A DNA stretch of 64,000 nucleotides, taken from the IMG/VR virus record IMGVR_UViG_3300042691_038938. One strand, 5' to 3'. The notes under the pieces are model-generated. The model did not search any database. It saw only the letters and a list, made by a program, of their open reading frames with translations, and was not told where the DNA came from. A program made the translations under genes and the position numbers. Within the stretch, counting starts at the first letter, position 1. Each line of letters opens with the position of its first letter. This document shows positions 29,091-39,035 of the stretch, one piece after another. Source of the DNA: a virus (Duplodnaviria; Caudoviricetes).

Positions 29091-30014
29091 TTAGTAGCTA
29101 AATAGCGATAGTATCGATGTACCTTGACTCTCAAGGTTCAGGTTCTTTATGTATGAGACATAATACGGCGCAAGAGCTCCGCCCGTCTCAGTATCCACCT
29201 TAAAGAGTCCAAGGTTAGGATCTCCATCTAGTTCAGAGTCTGCAAACACTATCGCAGAGTAAACTGTGCCTCTGTGCTCGACTGTGCTGAATACTCCAAG
29301 TATCAACTCCACTCTAGTCTCACTAGGAGAAGGAACGAGTATGTTAGAATAGATAAAGTCGCCTGCATCTATATCAAAAGGCCCTATGATTATATCTGGC
29401 CCAGCATACGCTATCGCCCATGGAGTTCCATCATACAGAAAGAGGTTTCTAAGTAGGTAACCTGTCACGCCGTCATCGACTTCAGATACTTCAGTCACAT
29501 CGACCGTTTCGGCTAATTCGTTCAGTGTCACTCTAATGATGCTAGACACTCCAGTCTTCTTGAAACCGTTATCTAGATAGATAAAACTCCCATTACCTTC
29601 ATAATACAGAGAGCTTGCTCCCTTTGTCGCATAATCGTTGATGTTATTATCAAAGAAGGTAAACTCTCTGGTCTCCTTGTCGATTCGTATGAAATATACT
29701 TCTCCACCAAAATCAACCGCTGCGTATAAACGATCATCGTCTGTGTTTAGGGTGATTACGGTCAGATCAGGAAAATTCTCGAAGTTGAATGGCCAATTGG
29801 CTTCAGTTCGGTCTACTGTGTATATTAGACCATCGAATGAGACTCCAAATAGTCCCTCCAATGGATCATATCCGCCGCCGCTACCTGCTGCGCCAACTCC
29901 GCCTTGTGACTGCATCTTGATTCTTATTGCTTGCTCAAATAGAGCATCCTGTTCTAGCTTTGCGCGAAGAGCTCTTTGTTCGGGCGTCTCGTTTCCCCAA
30001 TTGATGAATGACAT
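29091..30014 (-). CDS. MSFINWG-anchor protein with beta-rich C-terminal domain
   Basis: N-terminus shared with 39765-41417; Gly linker. Confidence 0.75.
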   Translation of the reverse strand: MSFINWGNETPEQRALRAKLEQDALFEQAIRIKMQSQGGVGAAGSGGGYDPLEGLFGVSFDGLIYTVDRTEANWPFNFENFPDLTVITLNTDDDRLYAAVDFGGEVYFIRIDKETREFTFFDNNINDYATKGASSLYYEGNGSFIYLDNGFKKTGVSSIIRVTLNELAETVDVTEVSEVDDGVTGYLLRNLFLYDGTPWAIAYAGPDIIIGPFDIDAGDFIYSNILVPSPSETRVELILGVFSTVEHRGTVYSAIVFADSELDGDPNLGLFKVDTETGGALAPYYVSYIKNLNLESQGTSILSLFSY

Positions 30015-30034
30015 TCTATCTAAGTTTATTTTAG

Positions 30035-30661
30035 TTATTTATCCTGAAAGTGTCGCTGTATTCGTTCGCTTAGCCTAATTCTAGGATCCGACTTACTTCG
30101 TCCCAACTCCTCGTACTCTAACATGAATCCAAAACTAAGCAGCACTCTTCTACTCTTAAAAGGATTTGGTGTCCAGTGCTTGTATAGACTGGCTTCAAAA
30201 CAATAGAGATCAGTCTCTTCAACGTTTACTATCTCCTTCTCTATTGCGAACTCGTAGGGTCCTGAGAGCACACTCACGTTACACTTATAGTTTATGAGTC
30301 CGTCAAAGCCGGCATCATAGTGCGCTCCAATAGTTCCTCCCTCGTCCATGTCAACTATCTGCAAGAAGGAATTCTTGTTTGGAATCCCTACTTCTTTGCA
30401 GACACTCTCAGCGATGTCGCGAAAAACATTAGGTATCTCTGTCTGGACGACTGCACCCCCAGCTTGGTATTGGGAGATCTTGCCCGAGATCTCATTCTGA
30501 CTCAGGTCAAACATGCAAGAAAAGCCATTTAGCTTTCCTATGAGCTCTTTAAGATGAGGATTAGTTAAGTCTCCATCAGACCTTAAAGAATTAACGAAGT
30601 TTAGGATCTGATTCCTTTGTCTCTGAGCTAGGAATCCTTTGTGTAATAGGTGATTCGACAT
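30035..30661 (-). CDS. 2OG-Fe(II) oxygenase
   Basis: HYD, YKHW, RRVLLSFG; TATAAATA at 30685-30692. Confidence 0.8.
   Translation of the reverse strand: MSNHLLHKGFLAQRQRNQILNFVNSLRSDGDLTNPHLKELIGKLNGFSCMFDLSQNEISGKISQYQAGGAVVQTEIPNVFRDIAESVCKEVGIPNKNSFLQIVDMDEGGTIGAHYDAGFDGLINYKCNVSVLSGPYEFAIEKEIVNVEETDLYCFEASLYKHWTPNPFKSRRVLLSFGFMLEYEELGRSKSDPRIRLSERIQRHFQDK
30036..30043 (-). promoter_or_regulatory. Late-type box embedded in the end of the upstream gene
   Basis: GAT AAA TAA = D-K-stop of 30035-30661. Confidence 0.6.
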
Positions 30662-30697
30662 AATAAAAGCGTGTTATCTACTTTTATTTATAAAAGC

Positions 30698-30725
30698 AAA
30701 AAGGATCTCATTGGAGATCCTTTTT
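30698..30725. terminator. Bidirectional terminator
   Basis: AAAAAGGATCTC-ATTG-GAGATCCTTTTT. Confidence 0.8.
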
Positions 30726-30751
30726 CATTAAATTTATTTGTAATTGTAAAA

Positions 30752-31078
30752 TTATTGTGCTTCTACTGGGATAGCTGCTTCCAGTTCTGCTATGAATTCC
30801 TCAAGAATCGTTGCGTCCACTTCTGAGATCTTAACTAAAAATGAAGTCTCAGCAGTAGTATCCTCTGCTCTAACTCCTAAATATCGAACTGACTCTCCAT
30901 TAAAGATGTGGATAACATGATAGTCAGTAAGAGTCACATCTTCAGGTTTAAAAGTCTTGACATGGTCAACTAGAGCAGTAAGTTTAGTCATGGTGTCAGC
31001 TTTTATTGTACCTTTTTTCTCTCCGATAAGCTGAACATCCCCAAATCCAAAAACATGGATAGTATTAAATTTTGCCAT
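30752..31078 (-). CDS. Hypothetical protein
   Basis: GATAAATA at 31095-31102 upstream. Confidence 0.7.
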   Translation of the reverse strand: MAKFNTIHVFGFGDVQLIGEKKGTIKADTMTKLTALVDHVKTFKPEDVTLTDYHVIHIFNGESVRYLGVRAEDTTAETSFLVKISEVDATILEEFIAELEAAIPVEAQ

Positions 31079-31114
31079 TTTGAAAGTTTTTTATTATTTA
31101 TCTTAAACTAAAAT

Positions 31115-31141
31115 AAAAAAGGACTCAGCAAGAGTCCTTTT
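31115..31141. terminator. Terminator (bidirectional form)
   Basis: AAAAAAGGACTC-AGCAA-GAGTCCTTTT. Confidence 0.8.
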
Positions 31142-31163
31142 CCTAGAGCCTGACGGGCAAAAT

Positions 31164-31922
31164 TTATACTTTAGTTCCGCAGTTAGGGCAGAACTTCCAG
31201 CTGGATTTTTTAAGACGCGAGCCGCAATCAGTGCAGTAGTTTCTAATCTCTTTAAGATCGACTGGTTTTTTGGACTCTGGCAAGATCCTGATAAAGACTG
31301 AATTGCTTGCCCAGAAATTATATTCTGAGTTGTCCTGACCGAATTCTTGGTCAGAAGACTCTCCCTTCTCAGTTCGGCCAGTCTCAAGGGATCCTGCGAT
31401 CGGCATTGAAGAGGTGACCATTGACGAGTTTGCCCCAATGACATCGTTCAGTGAAAAACCTAAAGTAGGATTAGAATTAGAATAGTAGACTGTGTTGACT
31501 GTTGATCCGCCGAATGGAGGATATGAGTCATGCGTCCAAGTAGTATTGAACCCACCTGTCAGCTTGATGAATTCATCATAAAACTCTATTTTTACTCTAC
31601 CGTTTTCTCTAGTTGCCTCCTTCGATTCAGCTGAGTTCTCGACTTCATAAGTCTCAAAGATAAACTTTTTTGGCTCATCGATCCATCTTTCTAAAAAGAC
31701 TCTCTGGCCAGGTTTCACCACGATTCCAGTCGATGAAATAAGTTTTTCATCGATGTAGATCTTGGCAAGCACCTTTGATTTTTTGGGATTGTAAAGCTCT
31801 ATCTCAAAGTGAGTCCCGTCTTTAAGATAGACTTTGTTATCGTATTGTTTCATACGATTTCTGTTCACTGCAATGTGTGCAGTAGGAGACAGTGAGTCCC
31901 CTTTAATTGATGTGTAATTCAT
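31164..31922 (-). CDS. Hypothetical protein with C-terminal zinc ribbon
   Basis: CTDCG...FCPNCG. Confidence 0.75.
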   Translation of the reverse strand: MNYTSIKGDSLSPTAHIAVNRNRMKQYDNKVYLKDGTHFEIELYNPKKSKVLAKIYIDEKLISSTGIVVKPGQRVFLERWIDEPKKFIFETYEVENSAESKEATRENGRVKIEFYDEFIKLTGGFNTTWTHDSYPPFGGSTVNTVYYSNSNPTLGFSLNDVIGANSSMVTSSMPIAGSLETGRTEKGESSDQEFGQDNSEYNFWASNSVFIRILPESKKPVDLKEIRNYCTDCGSRLKKSSWKFCPNCGTKV

Positions 31923-32141
31923 AATTTACCTGTTTTTTTAAAGCCGACATCATCGTGGGTCAACCCACTCAAAAGCCACTAGGACTTGATGCCGACTGGA
32001 GTGTCAGGCTCTATTGATATTTACTCTAATTTAGGTAAAAGTTTTTGGGTTAGGAGGTTACTGCTCTCTAGTTTATCTGCTATTTCTGATCCCTAGGTCC
32101 AAGCTTATGAGTCCTTCCTAGCTTCTTTAAAGTTGGCATTG

Positions 32142-33608
32142 TTAGCTATTGAGTCTAAGCCAAGCGCTAAAGGACACGTTTAGTCCCTCTCCCAAGTACT
32201 TCTTACGTAATCGATCAGCTTTATCAATGTCTCCTTTCAAATAGGCATCAATGATCGCATCTTGTATCTCGTCCTGGCTCATCTCGCTTTCAACATCCGG
32301 CTCAACATCCGGCTCAACCTCTTGAGTCGGCATCTCGTATCGAGGTTCCTCCTCTTTAGATTGGTCACCATATTTAGACTGTGCTTCAAGGTTGGCTAGT
32401 GCTTCTTCAATTATGGGATAAAATAATCTTTCGATACCTGATTTATCATTCATCAAGATTGCATATACAATCTTAAGCATTTCCTTAGGGTCATCTTTAC
32501 CAGTCGTTGCAAGCATTCCAAATACCATCCAATAGAGACGTTGTTCCTCTGCCGCGAGGTCATTCCATATCGAATCGACATTCTCTCCTGTTTCTCGGTC
32601 CATTTCGCGTCGATAGCTAGAAAACCTCTCTTCAACTTCCGGATGAGAGTTGATTGCTTTACGAAAATCGTTCTGCATGTCAGTGCCGTACTTAAACTCT
32701 TCAGCTTCATCAAGTAGAGTATCAGTGTTCATTATCACCTGTTCTGCCTCATCTTCTGAAAGGTGCTCAGTGCTTAGCTGTACTGGAAGAACGTAGACTG
32801 CTTTGATCGCTTCATGGATAAGAACTGAGAGATCAACTCCCCTAGCAAATATCTTCATCTCAAGGTCTGCCATTAACTCTTCAGCTGAGTCGCTTTCAGT
32901 AAAGTCCTTTCCTTTTTCAAGATCGTCTAACATCTTCTTAGCTGCGTCTTCGTCTGGCTTTTTATCTCCAAAATCAATCATATTGACCCCAGCTCCAGAC
33001 ATCTTCAAGTAGGTCTTTATCTGGTTATCTGGTAATCTCCAATCATTGAATTGAGCCACTGCTGAGATCTTATTCAAGAGCTTAAGATATTCTTCACCGT
33101 CGGTTTTTCCTAGTATTGTCTTGATTCCAGACTTGAACATAGGTAGATTTAGAATCGCTTTAGAATTCAATCCCATTCCCTGCTGAAGCGTCTTTAAGAT
33201 CTTTCTCTTGTGGATCTCATTAATTATCTTACGATTAACGATTTCCTCGACGTTAGGCTGTTCAGGTTCCTCTGGAGTCATTGATCCCATTGATCGTGCC
33301 TCATCACCTATCTTAAAATCGAATTCAACATCATCAAGCAGACCCTTGAATATGAATCTAAATGAAGAAACAGTCAGGTCAGATAACGCGTCCTCGTGCC
33401 CTGATTGAAGTGCTTTTGATTTGCCAATAAGCCCCATGAAATTACTAAGGTCTTCACGATTTTCCATGGCAAATCTTGCCATTTTAGGATCCTTTTCCGC
33501 TTTGACCTTCGCTAACCATGAAGGATCATTGGACTCTCCTTCTCCTGGAATTCCGATGTTTCCTCTAAGGGAAGCCTCATTGATATAGTCTTCGAAATTA
33601 TTTAACAT
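32142..33608 (-). CDS. Large acidic helical protein with CTS-like N-terminus
   Basis: MLNNFEDYINE; C-terminal EGLNVSFSAWLRLN. Confidence 0.75.
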   Translation of the reverse strand: MLNNFEDYINEASLRGNIGIPGEGESNDPSWLAKVKAEKDPKMARFAMENREDLSNFMGLIGKSKALQSGHEDALSDLTVSSFRFIFKGLLDDVEFDFKIGDEARSMGSMTPEEPEQPNVEEIVNRKIINEIHKRKILKTLQQGMGLNSKAILNLPMFKSGIKTILGKTDGEEYLKLLNKISAVAQFNDWRLPDNQIKTYLKMSGAGVNMIDFGDKKPDEDAAKKMLDDLEKGKDFTESDSAEELMADLEMKIFARGVDLSVLIHEAIKAVYVLPVQLSTEHLSEDEAEQVIMNTDTLLDEAEEFKYGTDMQNDFRKAINSHPEVEERFSSYRREMDRETGENVDSIWNDLAAEEQRLYWMVFGMLATTGKDDPKEMLKIVYAILMNDKSGIERLFYPIIEEALANLEAQSKYGDQSKEEEPRYEMPTQEVEPDVEPDVESEMSQDEIQDAIIDAYLKGDIDKADRLRKKYLGEGLNVSFSAWLRLNS

Positions 33609-33870
33609 ATTTGTCGTGTAGTTTTTGAATCATTTTCATTCCTTCTGGAGTGTCCTTTATTGCGTTAAGCTCGTTAAAGAACATGTCAATCATCTCTTCG
33701 TATGCGAACTGAGGCTTGGTTTTCTCTCTTTCGCTAGGTCTCTTAGTAGGAATAGGCCTCCATGGTCTCTTTCCCTTCTCTTCATCCGGTGGTGCAGTAG
33801 GAGTCTTAGGCTTGATCGCAGGTTCTGCCATCGCTAACCTTTCGTTGATTGATTTGATGTACTTCCTCAT
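33598..33870 (-). CDS. Small protein with CTS-like N-terminus
   Basis: MRKYIKSINE. Confidence 0.7.
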   Translation of the reverse strand: MRKYIKSINERLAMAEPAIKPKTPTAPPDEEKGKRPWRPIPTKRPSEREKTKPQFAYEEMIDMFFNELNAIKDTPEGMKMIQKLHDKYVK

Positions 33871-33893
33871 GATGAGAACAAAGTTATTTTAGT

Positions 33894-33924
33894 TATTTAT
33901 TCTTATATTAGGTAAAGATAAATA
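33894..33924. promoter_or_regulatory. Divergent late-type boxes
   Basis: AATAAATA on - (33894-33901), GATAAATA on + (33917-33924). Confidence 0.55.
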
Positions 33925-33951
33925 AATCTATAAAAATACGATCAATAAAAG

Positions 33952-35472
33952 ATGAGTCACTTACTTTCATTTAATTCTTTTACAGACCAACCTAGAATGG
34001 ACGAAAACATCCAGGCAGCGAAGGGATATCTTCTTAAAAGTTATTCTGACAAGATGAACGTTCCCATCTCTGAGATTCCCAAAGAGGAGCAGGGAGAGAT
34101 CTTACGTAATAATAAAGACTATCAAGCGATCCTAACGATGCTAAAGGGCAAGGACGGATACGTATATCCCTTTGTTCTTTTTAGGTTTGAGCATAACGTT
34201 CGAATGAATCAGTTGGCTAACCTTCTAGAGAAGATCAAGCAGTATTCTGCTGTGTTAAATACTCTGCCGATGCCGATCGAAGAGTATGCGAAACAGGCTC
34301 AAGTAAACGGAGTAGATAGTTTCGAGGCACTGATGGACGCATTTGACTCAATAGAAGTAAAGAAAAGGAGCCGATGGATCATTGACGACACTCCAGGAGA
34401 CCTGCGTCGCCGATTAAGAATGTTGAGTGACCGTGACCAGGACAGACTGATAAAGTCTGCAAAGATCATTGACGATATCGATGCTAAAGTCGGAAACTTC
34501 ATTGATGAGGAGACTGGCAGAGAGACGAATAATAAGATCAGTCTTCTTAAGAAAGTAAAGTCATTCGCAGATAAATCAGCTGAAGAATATTTAGAATGGG
34601 TGGAGAGCTTTGCGGATGGAGTCGCCTCATCAGATGTTGTATCAAAGATGGAACAGCTAAAGGATCTCATACCTGAAGCTGGACTACTCTACCTAAAGAA
34701 TGGGTACATGGTTCTAGGAATTCGTACTGAAAAGGCTCAAAAGGATCTTTGTTCCATCGCTAACTGGTGTATCAACCGTGGATCTTGGGGATCGTACGGT
34801 GGTCAAAAGGATCGTTTACAAATAAACATCTTTAACTTCAACAAGAAACCGACAGATCCTCTACACATCACTGGTACTACAGTGACTAAGGACAAGAGAG
34901 TCACCCATTCACACGATAAGAACGACTTAAGCATCATAAAATCAAATGATTTCAGACAGCACCTCTTGGGTCTAGGTTATCCTGAGGAACTTGCGACAGC
35001 AGTTGACTCTTCCATCATGCGGGAGGGACTCATCAAAGATATCGTTACTGGGTTCAACATGGACGCAAGCTCTCCTAGAGATCTATTAAAGACGATAGTG
35101 TTTGCGAGCTACGATCCTCGAATGAATCTTGAAGAGGATAAGTCAGTGATCGGTCCGATACTTGAGATAATCGATGAACGTGTTTCAGGAAACATCTCGC
35201 CACAGGAAACACAGTCTCTCTTCATGGAAAAGGGATGGTTATCTCCTTTTTCAGCGAAGCTATTCAACCTGCTCTTTCCCGACCTTTCTACTGATTTTAG
35301 AAATAGGATAGTGAGTAGAGCGAAGGAGATCTTTGGAGATCTTGAAGAGATCCTCGTTTATTTCGGAGCTTCAAAATATCCTGCAGTAGCCGGAGCAGTG
35401 AAGAGAAAACAAGAGATCCTAGACATACTTGAGAGAGGCGAATCGATTGAGAGAGATTCTCAAGAAAGATAA
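33952..35472 (+). CDS. Large hypothetical protein, CTS-like start, WCI motif
   Basis: MSHLLSFNSF; CSIANWCINRG. Confidence 0.75.
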   Translation: MSHLLSFNSFTDQPRMDENIQAAKGYLLKSYSDKMNVPISEIPKEEQGEILRNNKDYQAILTMLKGKDGYVYPFVLFRFEHNVRMNQLANLLEKIKQYSAVLNTLPMPIEEYAKQAQVNGVDSFEALMDAFDSIEVKKRSRWIIDDTPGDLRRRLRMLSDRDQDRLIKSAKIIDDIDAKVGNFIDEETGRETNNKISLLKKVKSFADKSAEEYLEWVESFADGVASSDVVSKMEQLKDLIPEAGLLYLKNGYMVLGIRTEKAQKDLCSIANWCINRGSWGSYGGQKDRLQINIFNFNKKPTDPLHITGTTVTKDKRVTHSHDKNDLSIIKSNDFRQHLLGLGYPEELATAVDSSIMREGLIKDIVTGFNMDASSPRDLLKTIVFASYDPRMNLEEDKSVIGPILEIIDERVSGNISPQETQSLFMEKGWLSPFSAKLFNLLFPDLSTDFRNRIVSRAKEIFGDLEEILVYFGASKYPAVAGAVKRKQEILDILERGESIERDSQER

Positions 35473-36014
35473 CCCTCTATTTCTCCTTGAGTCTTTTTGA
35501 TCGGTGGAAACTTCTTTGGATGGGTGTAAGCTATAAAGATCTGTCTAATGAATGCACCCTTTCCTTGAAAAGTAAAGTCAAGCACTCGTTTGGATTCTAA
35601 ACCAAGGTCGCCGACCTCTGCCGCAAGGTTAGAGATCTTTTTAACTGCTTGTCTTTCAGCACGTTGAACTGATCCGTTTATTCCATCCTTACGACCAGCT
35701 CCTCCTCTACTAGTCAGACCCACCCAGGCCTTACCATCCTTGCTCTCCTCAATGGTGACTTCCCAAGAAACCTTCCAATTAGTATCGTCCATGTTGATCT
35801 TAATTGAGGTGATCTCTGGATTTGCTCCAAGCTCCTTGTAAAACTTTGCCAGTGCTTCATTCACGAGAGTGTTCATCTTGCCGCCGAAGCCATCCTTCTT
35901 TCTGGACTGAAAGGAATGCATGGCATCATAGTCTCCCCTAGGTGGTGAGAACTCTCCCTTCACAACTCTCTTTTTCTGTAGAGAAAACTGTTCGTAAAGT
36001 TTTAAGTACTTCAT
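35460..36014 (-). CDS. Hypothetical protein with CTS-like N-terminus
   Basis: MKYLKLYEQF; GATAAATA at 36021-36028. Confidence 0.75.
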   Translation of the reverse strand: MKYLKLYEQFSLQKKRVVKGEFSPPRGDYDAMHSFQSRKKDGFGGKMNTLVNEALAKFYKELGANPEITSIKINMDDTNWKVSWEVTIEESKDGKAWVGLTSRGGAGRKDGINGSVQRAERQAVKKISNLAAEVGDLGLESKRVLDFTFQGKGAFIRQIFIAYTHPKKFPPIKKTQGEIEGYLS

Positions 36015-36053
36015 ATACTTTATTTATCTTTTATTTTTAAGTACAATAGTACT

Positions 36054-36659
36054 ATGATAGACAATTTAGAAACCATTAAGCCTCTCTTAAAATTCTCTGA
36101 ACCTGGAGACTTTTACATGCTCTATGTGTTTAAAAGAAAGAAGGATCAGCCTGAAGGGGAACGAGACAATCACCAGTCGGTGCGAACCATTAAAACTTAT
36201 TGCATTGAGAGCATGGATCACCTGGAGAGAAGGTGGGACGAGATCAAGCAACTCTGTGAAGTATTCAGGGCCAGAGCCTACATCCATGTGCAGAAACAGA
36301 ATCATCGGGACGTTTCCTTGAACATGATGGTCTCACTTGCTGAAAGGATAAGAGACGGTGTTCAAAACCAGAAGGGTCTCTTTGACTCAGTAGTCGGTCA
36401 GATCAAGACTCAAGAAAAGAGATGGATCGTCGATATCGACACTCACGACTACCATGCAGTTAACGAGCTCGCAAAGGTCATCAATCGCTTGGATCCAGCT
36501 GGACCTAAGTGCGAAGTAGTTGTTCCCACGAAGAACGGATATCACCTGATCACTGCAAAGTTTGATGCAAAATCCTTCAAGGAGAAGTTCCCTGACATAG
36601 ACATACAGAAAAAGAATCCAACTCTTCTCTACTATCCGGATTCTCTAGATCAAAACTAA
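36054..36659 (+). CDS. Archaeo-eukaryotic primase (AEP)-like protein
   Basis: WIVDID (DxD) and TKNGYHL (motif II-like). Confidence 0.5.
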   Translation: MIDNLETIKPLLKFSEPGDFYMLYVFKRKKDQPEGERDNHQSVRTIKTYCIESMDHLERRWDEIKQLCEVFRARAYIHVQKQNHRDVSLNMMVSLAERIRDGVQNQKGLFDSVVGQIKTQEKRWIVDIDTHDYHAVNELAKVINRLDPAGPKCEVVVPTKNGYHLITAKFDAKSFKEKFPDIDIQKKNPTLLYYPDSLDQN

Positions 36660-36683
36660 TCACTGACTAATAGTAAAAATAAC

Positions 36684-37286
36684 ATGGAAGAATACATTCG
36701 TAAGGGCAATCATCACATTGCAGTATTCATGAAAGATTTCTATGATACTGGACTAGAGCCTTCGTATTACATTCGTAAGAACAAGGAGTATAAGATTGAG
36801 GAAGCTCAGTATCACTCCTCTTGGGACTGGCTCATGCCAGTTGTCGATAAGATCGAAGAACTTGGATTTAGAGTGTATCTCGATAAGTACTCATGTCAGA
36901 TCTACAGAAGAGATGCATCATTTCCGGAAAACTTTATAGTTGATGCTGATTTCAAGCAGGATAGGCTTGAGAACGCATTTGAAGGAATCTCAGCTTTCGC
37001 TGAGTGGTGGTGTCGTAAGAGGAGAAAGAGACCTGCACTCAAAAAGAATCCTGAACTCGAAAGGGAAATCTCTGAATTCATCAGTGATTGGATAATTGAA
37101 AGAATCTTATTTAAAGAGGAGAATATATTTGAGACAAGCTTCATGCCGGGCAAGACAACAAAGTGGTATCCTGTGCATCCAAAGGGAAGCTCAAATAGGC
37201 CTTATCTTGAAAAAAAGATGAGAGCCGATATATGCAGGTTGATCAGACTAAAAAAATCAGATAAGGATGCCGTTTCATCTACGTAG
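36684..37286 (+). CDS. Hypothetical protein
   Basis: YHSSWDWLMPVVDKIE motif. Confidence 0.7.
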   Translation: MEEYIRKGNHHIAVFMKDFYDTGLEPSYYIRKNKEYKIEEAQYHSSWDWLMPVVDKIEELGFRVYLDKYSCQIYRRDASFPENFIVDADFKQDRLENAFEGISAFAEWWCRKRRKRPALKKNPELEREISEFISDWIIERILFKEENIFETSFMPGKTTKWYPVHPKGSSNRPYLEKKMRADICRLIRLKKSDKDAVSST

Positions 37287-37563
37287 AATATCAGACAGGC
37301 GCAGTTGGTCAGGTTTAAGAAGCGAGGCTATTGCGTGGGACGAGGAGTCAGAGATCGGAAAGATTCACGGTCATGAGCCTGAGGTCGGCAAGTCAATCCT
37401 AGTCGGACCCATTAGATCCAACGATATCTGGATCACGACTCAGGTCGAGGAGATCTTGGAAGAGATCAGAACAGAACAAGTGGACTACCTTAGGTTCAGG
37501 ACAAAGAACTCAGAGTACGAATGGTGGAACGGAGTGCACCCAAAAGAAAGAGATGAAGACTAA
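37267..37563 (+). CDS. Hypothetical protein
   Basis: Operon packing. Confidence 0.6.
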   Translation: MPFHLRRISDRRSWSGLRSEAIAWDEESEIGKIHGHEPEVGKSILVGPIRSNDIWITTQVEEILEEIRTEQVDYLRFRTKNSEYEWWNGVHPKERDED

Positions 37564-37852
37564 ATACGAGGTATATGCGGTGGGTTCACAGGTGTGGGCG
37601 ATATCTAGATATAGAGCGTCCAATGGAGACACAGATCATTGCGCAGTCTATCCTGCAATAGTGCGGTCAGTCACCATATACCAGGACGATAAGACGAATG
37701 ACATCAGCATCGACTACTGGGTAAAGACTCCAAAGGGCGATGACTGGGGAGACTCAGTGGAAGCAGAGTGGGTGAGCGATAGCTTTGAAGAACTAATAGA
37801 AAAACTAAAGGAGGAATGGACAAGGAACGCCAATCGGATGGATCTAGAGTAA
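37553..37852 (+). CDS. Hypothetical protein
   Basis: Operon packing. Confidence 0.65.
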   Translation: MKTKYEVYAVGSQVWAISRYRASNGDTDHCAVYPAIVRSVTIYQDDKTNDISIDYWVKTPKGDDWGDSVEAEWVSDSFEELIEKLKEEWTRNANRMDLE

Positions 37853-38226
37853 AGAAGAGTCAAGACTATCAGGTCATGGGAAAGTATTTAGAGCACACTA
37901 GACGAGTCTTTACCGTTCGAGAGATACTGCACATTAGAGCAAAGATCATGAGGGGCACCAGGATCTCCAGGATAGCTGAGGGATATGGTGTCGATTATCG
38001 AGTAATAGCTAATATCTTCAAGGAATTTTGCTGGGGATTCTCTAAGAACTGCCCGTCAATCGTGATAGAGAGGCTCGGTCACAAGAACGAGCCCTACTAT
38101 GAAACTGAGGATGAGATGCTAGAAGAGCCTGAATACTCTTGGGAAAGCCTAAGTGCTCTGGAAAAGGAGTGGTACTTGCAAAGAACGGGAAATCCCACGT
38201 TAATCACAAACAAAATAGACAAATGA
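37816..38226 (+). CDS. Possible HTH DNA-binding protein
   Basis: ISRIAEGYGVDYRVIANI resembles an HTH; true start may be 37876. Confidence 0.45.
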   Translation: MDKERQSDGSRVKKSQDYQVMGKYLEHTRRVFTVREILHIRAKIMRGTRISRIAEGYGVDYRVIANIFKEFCWGFSKNCPSIVIERLGHKNEPYYETEDEMLEEPEYSWESLSALEKEWYLQRTGNPTLITNKIDK

Positions 38227-38369
38227 AAGAGTCACTAAACGACAAAAAGAAGAATAATCTTTTTTCTCTTGAGATAATTGAGAATGAGAAATACTGGAAG
38301 ATCTTTTTAAGAGGGACAATAATTGGGATCTTTTGTGGTATCGCGATCGCAATGCTCTTGATGAAGTGA
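38223..38369 (+). CDS. Small C-terminally anchored membrane protein
   Basis: ATGA overlap; IIGIFCGIAIAMLLM. Confidence 0.55.
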   Translation: MKESLNDKKKNNLFSLEIIENEKYWKIFLRGTIIGIFCGIAIAMLLMK

Positions 38370-38380
38370 CGTTAGTTTAT

Positions 38381-38980
38381 TTATGCAAAACGGTTTCCTC
38401 CTGAAACAAGCTGAGCTATCCCATCCGCGAGCTCATCTACTAATATTGCGACGGTTGCTGTATAATTCACTTGAGGCACAAAGCTTACGGTCAAGACCTG
38501 ATAGTCTCTTTCACTATAAGTAACGATTTCTTGAAGCCCGACTCTTCTAACATATGCTGAATCAATAGCGACTGCCCTATCTTCTAATATGGAGGATGTA
38601 TCCTGATCTAAAGCATAAAAACGTGGTCCGCGTGGCTCACCTATTCCTCCATCATAAGTGCTGTTATCGAAGAGAAGATTGACCCTTCTTCCTAGGCTCG
38701 AGATCACTCTTTTTCTACCCACTGCAAAGAATCTTTCACCTGCTGGGACTCGACGGCCTATTGGAAAATATGCTTCAGCAAGAGTCTCGCTTCCTGGCGA
38801 AAAAGCTAACTCAGGTGAATCGATGAAAGTCTCAGAGTATGCCTCTTGTAGGCTTTCCAAGAGCAAGGACTCAATGTTTAGTGACCATGCTCGCGGATCT
38901 CTTCTAGTTGTAAAAGTACGATATGTTGGAGAAAATCCATATGGAGAATTAACAAGAGATTGGAGTAGTTCAAAGGTCAT
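38381..38980 (-). CDS. Hypothetical protein
   Basis: GATAAATA at 39000-39007 upstream. Confidence 0.7.
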   Translation of the reverse strand: MTFELLQSLVNSPYGFSPTYRTFTTRRDPRAWSLNIESLLLESLQEAYSETFIDSPELAFSPGSETLAEAYFPIGRRVPAGERFFAVGRKRVISSLGRRVNLLFDNSTYDGGIGEPRGPRFYALDQDTSSILEDRAVAIDSAYVRRVGLQEIVTYSERDYQVLTVSFVPQVNYTATVAILVDELADGIAQLVSGGNRFA

Positions 38981-39035
38981 GGATTGTGAGATTTTATTTT
39001 ATTTATCTACAGGATTTTAGTACAATAGTGATAAG

